Shown here piece by piece: positions 38,281 through 42,859 of a DNA stretch of 42,859 nt. Made by a program: the position numbers and the translations under genes. Within the stretch, counting starts at the first letter, position 1. The number at the start of each line of letters is the position of its first letter. The DNA comes from Nitrospirae bacterium CG2_30_53_67 (GTDB lineage: Bacteria; CG2-30-53-67). The notes below the pieces were generated by a model. That model saw only the letters and a list, made by a program, of their open reading frames with translations, did no database searches and was not told where the DNA came from. Where the stretch lies: contig MNYV01000035.1 of the NCBI GenBank assembly GCA_001873285.1, positions 1 to 42,859 on the forward strand, given 5' to 3'.

Positions 38281-38996
38281 TGGGACTCTCGGTCAGTCTG
38301 AAAAAGAAGGTCAAAGGCTTTACTCTTGATGCGGCATGGGAGATTGGGGATGAACTCGCAGTCCTGTTTGGATACTCCGGGTCGGGTAAGTCACTGACCT
38401 TGCAGATGATCGCAGGACTGATAAGGCCTGATGATGGCATGATCCGTTTGGATAGTAAAACCTATTTTGACAACTCCGCCGGTATTGATGATCCGCCACA
38501 GCTTCGCGCGTTCGGCTATGTATTCCAGGACCTTGCCTTATTTCCTCACATGACGGTTTTCAGAAACATTATCTTCGGAGCTCCTGAGATACCCAAAGAC
38601 GAAAAAGTCTCAAGGGCCAAAGAAATGATCGAGGCATTTAAGCTTACAGGCCTTGAGGACCGCTATCCTTCCGAGATATCAGGAGGACAGAAACAGAGGG
38701 CCGCCTTTGCGCGTGCGCTTATCCGTCAGCCGGATGCTTTGCTGCTTGATGAGCCGTTCTCCGCCCTCGATCATCCCCTCCGGCTGGAAATGCGGGGCTT
38801 CCTCCAGGAGGTGAGGAAACGGTTTGCCATACCCGTCATCCTCGTAACCCATGATTTTGATGAAGCCTCATTTCTTGCGGATAAAATTATCGTGTACTCT
38901 CATGGGAAGGTTGCTCAGGTTGGTTCACTGAAGGAGGTGATGAATCAACCGTCAAGCGCTGAGGTTCAGATGCTTGCCGACACAAAGAAAGTTTAA
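38277..38996 (+). CDS. modC: Molybdate ABC transporter ATPase
   Basis: GYSGSGKS, ISGGQKQR, LLDEPFSALD, VTHD. Confidence 0.92.
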   Translation: MMGLSVSLKKKVKGFTLDAAWEIGDELAVLFGYSGSGKSLTLQMIAGLIRPDDGMIRLDSKTYFDNSAGIDDPPQLRAFGYVFQDLALFPHMTVFRNIIFGAPEIPKDEKVSRAKEMIEAFKLTGLEDRYPSEISGGQKQRAAFARALIRQPDALLLDEPFSALDHPLRLEMRGFLQEVRKRFAIPVILVTHDFDEASFLADKIIVYSHGKVAQVGSLKEVMNQPSSAEVQMLADTKKV

Positions 38997-39031
38997 ATAT
39001 TTTTCTATGAATTTAAAAAAGGAGCCATAAT

Positions 39032-40387
39032 ATGGAGGTCAAATATCCTCAGCCGACCCTGCTACGTATATTTCTTCCTGTCTGTTTGACCGCTTTAATG
39101 TTTCTGCCGGGAATCTCCTCGGCAGACGGCATGGAAAACAGCGGCACGGACACCCAGCAGCTCATTCAGATCCTCAAGGATAAGGGGCTTCTGACGGACG
39201 AGGATCTCGCCAAGATCCAGACTCGGATCAAGGAACAGAAAGAAAAAAAAGCACAAGATGAGATGGCCCCCGTGAAGATCCAGGGGAGGGTTCAGTTCCG
39301 ATATATGAATATCGAGGACTTCGACCCATCCACGAAGATCCCCCCTCTCGACGCCAACGGCTTTCGACTGCAACGCGTCCGACTCTTCTTCTCGGGCACG
39401 GCCGTTCCCAAGGTGGACTATTACATCCACCTGAATTTTGACCAGGGGACGGACGGGCGTGTCTGGGATGCCTATCTGCAGTACAATATCAGCCCGGAAT
39501 GGGGGCATGTCCGCATGGGCCAATACAAGGTCCCCTTCGGCAGGCAGTGGCTGGCCTCCTCTGCCAGGTTTCTATTTATGAACCGGTCCAACATAGGAGA
39601 CTATGCGGGTTTCCGGAGGGACATCGGGGTGATGTACGAGAAGTATTCCTTTACCGAACATTATCAGGATGCCTTTGCCGAAGCGGACATGACGGAGCCG
39701 AGCGTAAATTATGCCTTCGGTATTTTCAACGGGAATCACATCGCCGACGGGAACGGCTTCCTCTCCGGGTCCGATCTGACTTCAGCGCGTGTGGGTTCTG
39801 GAAACGATAATGATCAGTATCTCTACGTAAGCCGCCTGAGCCTCACGCCGGTGAAGAGGGAAGAGGGATTCAAATACCTTACGTTCGGTGCCAGCGCCGC
39901 CTATCAGAAACAGCCGACCAACGGTGAGCGGTTCATTCAGGACGACACCAAGAAGGCCTTATTCGATGTGACTTCGGGGAACCCCTGGAAGGCCTCGGAT
40001 TGGGAGGCGGCATGGGAAGTGGACAGCCAGTGGATCATCGGACAGGCGGTGTTCCAGGCCGAATATCTGCGGAGAAAACTCGCTGCCGATGGTCTGCTCA
40101 CGTTCACCAATGCACGGCAGGCCAGGTCCGTGACCGCTGACGGATGGTATGTTCAGGGAGGGTATTTTGTGGTCCCCAAGAAGCTCTCTTTGAATGCACG
40201 CTATGAAACCTATGACCCGAACAATCAGGTGAAATCCCAGAACGATTATGACCGGTATACCCTCGGGTTTAATTACTACATCAACGGGAATAACTTCAAA
40301 CTCCAGGGGGACTACAACTGGCAGGACGAGGCCGTGGAAGATCTGAATAATGATTTCTGGGAACTTCAGCTTCAACTGCTTTTCTGA
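39032..40387 (+). CDS. Outer-membrane porin (OprO/OprP anion-selective family-like)
   Basis: Signal peptide, LIQILKDKGLLT, GRVQFRY, FRLQRVRL, GQYKVPFG, RDIG, C-terminal Phe. Confidence 0.85.
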   Translation: MEVKYPQPTLLRIFLPVCLTALMFLPGISSADGMENSGTDTQQLIQILKDKGLLTDEDLAKIQTRIKEQKEKKAQDEMAPVKIQGRVQFRYMNIEDFDPSTKIPPLDANGFRLQRVRLFFSGTAVPKVDYYIHLNFDQGTDGRVWDAYLQYNISPEWGHVRMGQYKVPFGRQWLASSARFLFMNRSNIGDYAGFRRDIGVMYEKYSFTEHYQDAFAEADMTEPSVNYAFGIFNGNHIADGNGFLSGSDLTSARVGSGNDNDQYLYVSRLSLTPVKREEGFKYLTFGASAAYQKQPTNGERFIQDDTKKALFDVTSGNPWKASDWEAAWEVDSQWIIGQAVFQAEYLRRKLAADGLLTFTNARQARSVTADGWYVQGGYFVVPKKLSLNARYETYDPNNQVKSQNDYDRYTLGFNYYINGNNFKLQGDYNWQDEAVEDLNNDFWELQLQLLF

Positions 40388-42859
40388 TTATGCAGAGCCG
40401 GCCACAATCCTCCCTTCGGAAAAACGATAGGGATGGTTCTGCGAGAGACTGGAAATTTCGGCTTCGGAAAAATGGTCCGGATGGTACCGGCAGATCAGGA
40501 CAATCGGTTTCCTGCACTGCTTCAAATAATCATCCATCTTCTTTTCAAAATAAAAGATCTCCTGCTTTGCCTTTTCATCCGGTATAAGCCTTGTCATGTC
40601 CCTCGCAATCACAAGCCCATTCCAGGGGAGCTGCATGATCCGGTCGCAGAACCGGCTGGCGCATTCATACAGGTGCTCGCCGTCGCACTTTCCATGACTC
40701 AGAAGCGGCTCCTTGGCAGGACTGAAGATGATCTGTTCGTTTTCCATGAGTTCATAGACATTGAGGCTCTGGGCTGATAGGGTTTCCTTCATCCGGTCGA
40801 TATCCATGGGCGAGCCGAAATAGGCACAGATGTAATTTTGGTCCAGATAATCCTTCCAGATCGGTCCCATCTGCCGGATAAGCTCCGTGGTATCTCCATT
40901 CACGGAAATCACGTGCTGCACCTGGACGGATCCTCTATCCAACGGGAGTGTGAACATAAAGCAGGAACCTTCCCCCTTCCGGCTCTCCACCCATACATTC
41001 CCGCCATAATGTTTTACAATGGTCTTGACGATGGAAAGCCCGAGACCGCTCCCCTGGTACTGCCGGATGTCTCGGTCCATGGCTTTGCCGAACTTTTTAA
41101 ACAATATTTTCTGATCCTTTTCGTCAATCCCCGGTCCGGAATCCTGAATACTGAAACGGAGGAGCCGCTGTTTTTCCAGGACTTCTCCGACGATATGAAT
41201 CTCGCCTCCTGCGAGGGTGTACTTGACGGCATTGTCTATGAGATTGACAAAGACCTGCCGGATTCTGTCGGCATCCGCTTTCAAACCGGGCATGGACGAA
41301 GGAAGTTTAGAGATCATCCGGATCTGCTTGGCTTGAATTCTTGATTCAAAGGCCGGTAAAATCTCTCTGATCAGCGTATGAATATCGACCTCTTGTTCCT
41401 GAAAGTCCACAAAACCCGATTCCAGTTTGGAGAGATCCAGATAATCATTGATCAACTGCTTCATCCGGAAGCTCTCTTTCATGATAATATCCAGAAATTC
41501 CGTTCGGGTCTCCTGGGACTCTTCATGGTATTTAAGCAGGAGGTCGGCGTAGCTGATGATGGAAGTCAACGGGGTCCTGAGGTCATGCACGGCGATATCG
41601 ATAAAATCCGATTTTTCCCGGTTCAGTTCCTTGAGCCTGTCGTTTACCACCCTTAATTCCGTATTGGCCTTGCTGAGCTCCAGGGTCCTTTTCTCAACCT
41701 CTTTCTCCATATGCTGGTTGATCTGTTCAATCTGTTCCGTATATTGCTTCCGCTCCTCTTCAAATTTCATCTGCTTAGTCACATCCTGGCGTATCTGGAT
41801 CATGGAGAGGGTCCCGTCCGGATTCTTAAGCGGGGCGGAGGTCATTCGGTAGTATTTCCCGTCTCCGTTTTTCTTGGTGATTTCATATCTCATCTTTCCT
41901 TTGATTAAAATCTCCTGCAAAGAACAGATTTCTCCCGGACAGGCGCTGTTGAATCCCCTGAGCGCCTGATAGCATTTCTGTCCGACGACCTCTCCGAATT
42001 CCCTTTTCAGCGGATCATTGGCAAATTCGATATCGTGGTTCTCTTTGATAACCACAACCCCTTCGGCCATATTCATCAGAATGGAGCTCATCTGATCCTT
42101 CTGATCCTGTAGCTCCCGGTTCAGCCTGATTACTTTGGTGACGTCGTTGATGGTCTCAAGGACACGCGCCACATGGTTTTCCTTGTCGAAAAGAGGGGTC
42201 GTCGCAACATCAAGAATGATCTCGGTTCCGTCATTCCGGACGTGCGTGTGATGGTACTTGGTCGTGGTTCCTGTTTGAAAGGTCTGTTCTACGGGGCACT
42301 TTGGGCAAGGTTCTGAAGCGCCATGAAAGATCCGATAACAGTAGGAACCGATCAAATCGGATTCCGTATAACCCATCATCTCTTCCAGGGCGTGATTTAC
42401 GGATTCGATTTTGTAGTCACGGCCGATCACACAGATCCCGCTATGGGTATGACGGATCATGCTGTCCAGATAGTCTCGGGCATCTTTCAACTCCTCATTC
42501 TTCCTCTCCAGAAGTTCTCTGGCCTGTGTCAGATCTCTCGCCGTGGTCTCCAATTCCTGGTTGGAGACATTCAGTTCTTCGTTGGTTGACTCCAGCTCTT
42601 CGCTTGAGATCTGGAGTTCTTCATTGGTTGACCCCAGCTCTTCATTGCTCAATTGAAGTTTTTCATTGGTCTCCTCTAATTCTTCAATCACCTTTTTAAG
42701 TTCCAGGTTTTTACCGACCAGGGCGCCTTCCCGTTCCTTCAGGGCGTTCAACATAAAATTAAAGGTCTTGTTCAAGGTTCCGAACTCATCTTTCCTCTTT
42801 TCATCCAGCAATTTAGAGAAATCCCCCTCCCCTACACGTTTTGCCGCCTGCATCAAAAG
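40388..42859 (-). CDS. Sensor histidine kinase (HAMP, coiled coil, 2x PAS, HisKA, HATPase, C-terminal MEDS-like domain); 5' end outside the window
   Basis: DEFGTL..TFN.M HAMP, HDLRTPLTSI, NLIDNAVKY, GSGLGLSI, ICRY in tail. Confidence 0.92.
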   Translation of the reverse strand, partial: LLMQAAKRVGEGDFSKLLDEKRKDEFGTLNKTFNFMLNALKEREGALVGKNLELKKVIEELEETNEKLQLSNEELGSTNEELQISSEELESTNEELNVSNQELETTARDLTQARELLERKNEELKDARDYLDSMIRHTHSGICVIGRDYKIESVNHALEEMMGYTESDLIGSYCYRIFHGASEPCPKCPVEQTFQTGTTTKYHHTHVRNDGTEIILDVATTPLFDKENHVARVLETINDVTKVIRLNRELQDQKDQMSSILMNMAEGVVVIKENHDIEFANDPLKREFGEVVGQKCYQALRGFNSACPGEICSLQEILIKGKMRYEITKKNGDGKYYRMTSAPLKNPDGTLSMIQIRQDVTKQMKFEEERKQYTEQIEQINQHMEKEVEKRTLELSKANTELRVVNDRLKELNREKSDFIDIAVHDLRTPLTSIISYADLLLKYHEESQETRTEFLDIIMKESFRMKQLINDYLDLSKLESGFVDFQEQEVDIHTLIREILPAFESRIQAKQIRMISKLPSSMPGLKADADRIRQVFVNLIDNAVKYTLAGGEIHIVGEVLEKQRLLRFSIQDSGPGIDEKDQKILFKKFGKAMDRDIRQYQGSGLGLSIVKTIVKHYGGNVWVESRKGEGSCFMFTLPLDRGSVQVQHVISVNGDTTELIRQMGPIWKDYLDQNYICAYFGSPMDIDRMKETLSAQSLNVYELMENEQIIFSPAKEPLLSHGKCDGEHLYECASRFCDRIMQLPWNGLVIARDMTRLIPDEKAKQEIFYFEKKMDDYLKQCRKPIVLICRYHPDHFSEAEISSLSQNHPYRFSEGRIVAGSA

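Noticed and set aside
42540..42690. 21-bp periodic DNA repeats resembling an array
   Set aside because: Encode coiled-coil heptads inside the kinase; no spacers, so not CRISPR

Overview
Bacterial chromosomal segment, probably from a Deltaproteobacteria/Nitrospirota-like diderm (inference from gene content). From 1 to ~27 kb it is mostly housekeeping: a PEP-CTERM locus with a sigma54 promoter, an AsmA-like gene, glnB-glnA, CDF transporter, ogt, rplI-dnaB-alr-mlaEFD-radA-recN-UPF0280, trxB, a Tat-exported superoxide reductase-like gene, panE and an MCP. From ~27 to 40 kb is an unusual sulfur/selenium/molybdenum-handling cluster. It contains sulfide:quinone oxidoreductase behind a variant c-di-GMP-I riboswitch with terminator, Rrf2, an IscS lacking the PLP lysine, IscU, three DsrE-like proteins, TusA, PilZ, a sigma-region-2-only protein, two TauE paralogs, modE-modABC and a porin. 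It also holds a UGA-recoded selenoprotein (NEPxGxxU, with SECIS-like hairpin) that the ORF track truncated. Three MITE-like inverted-repeat elements lie in intergenic gaps. The window ends inside a multi-PAS histidine kinase gene.
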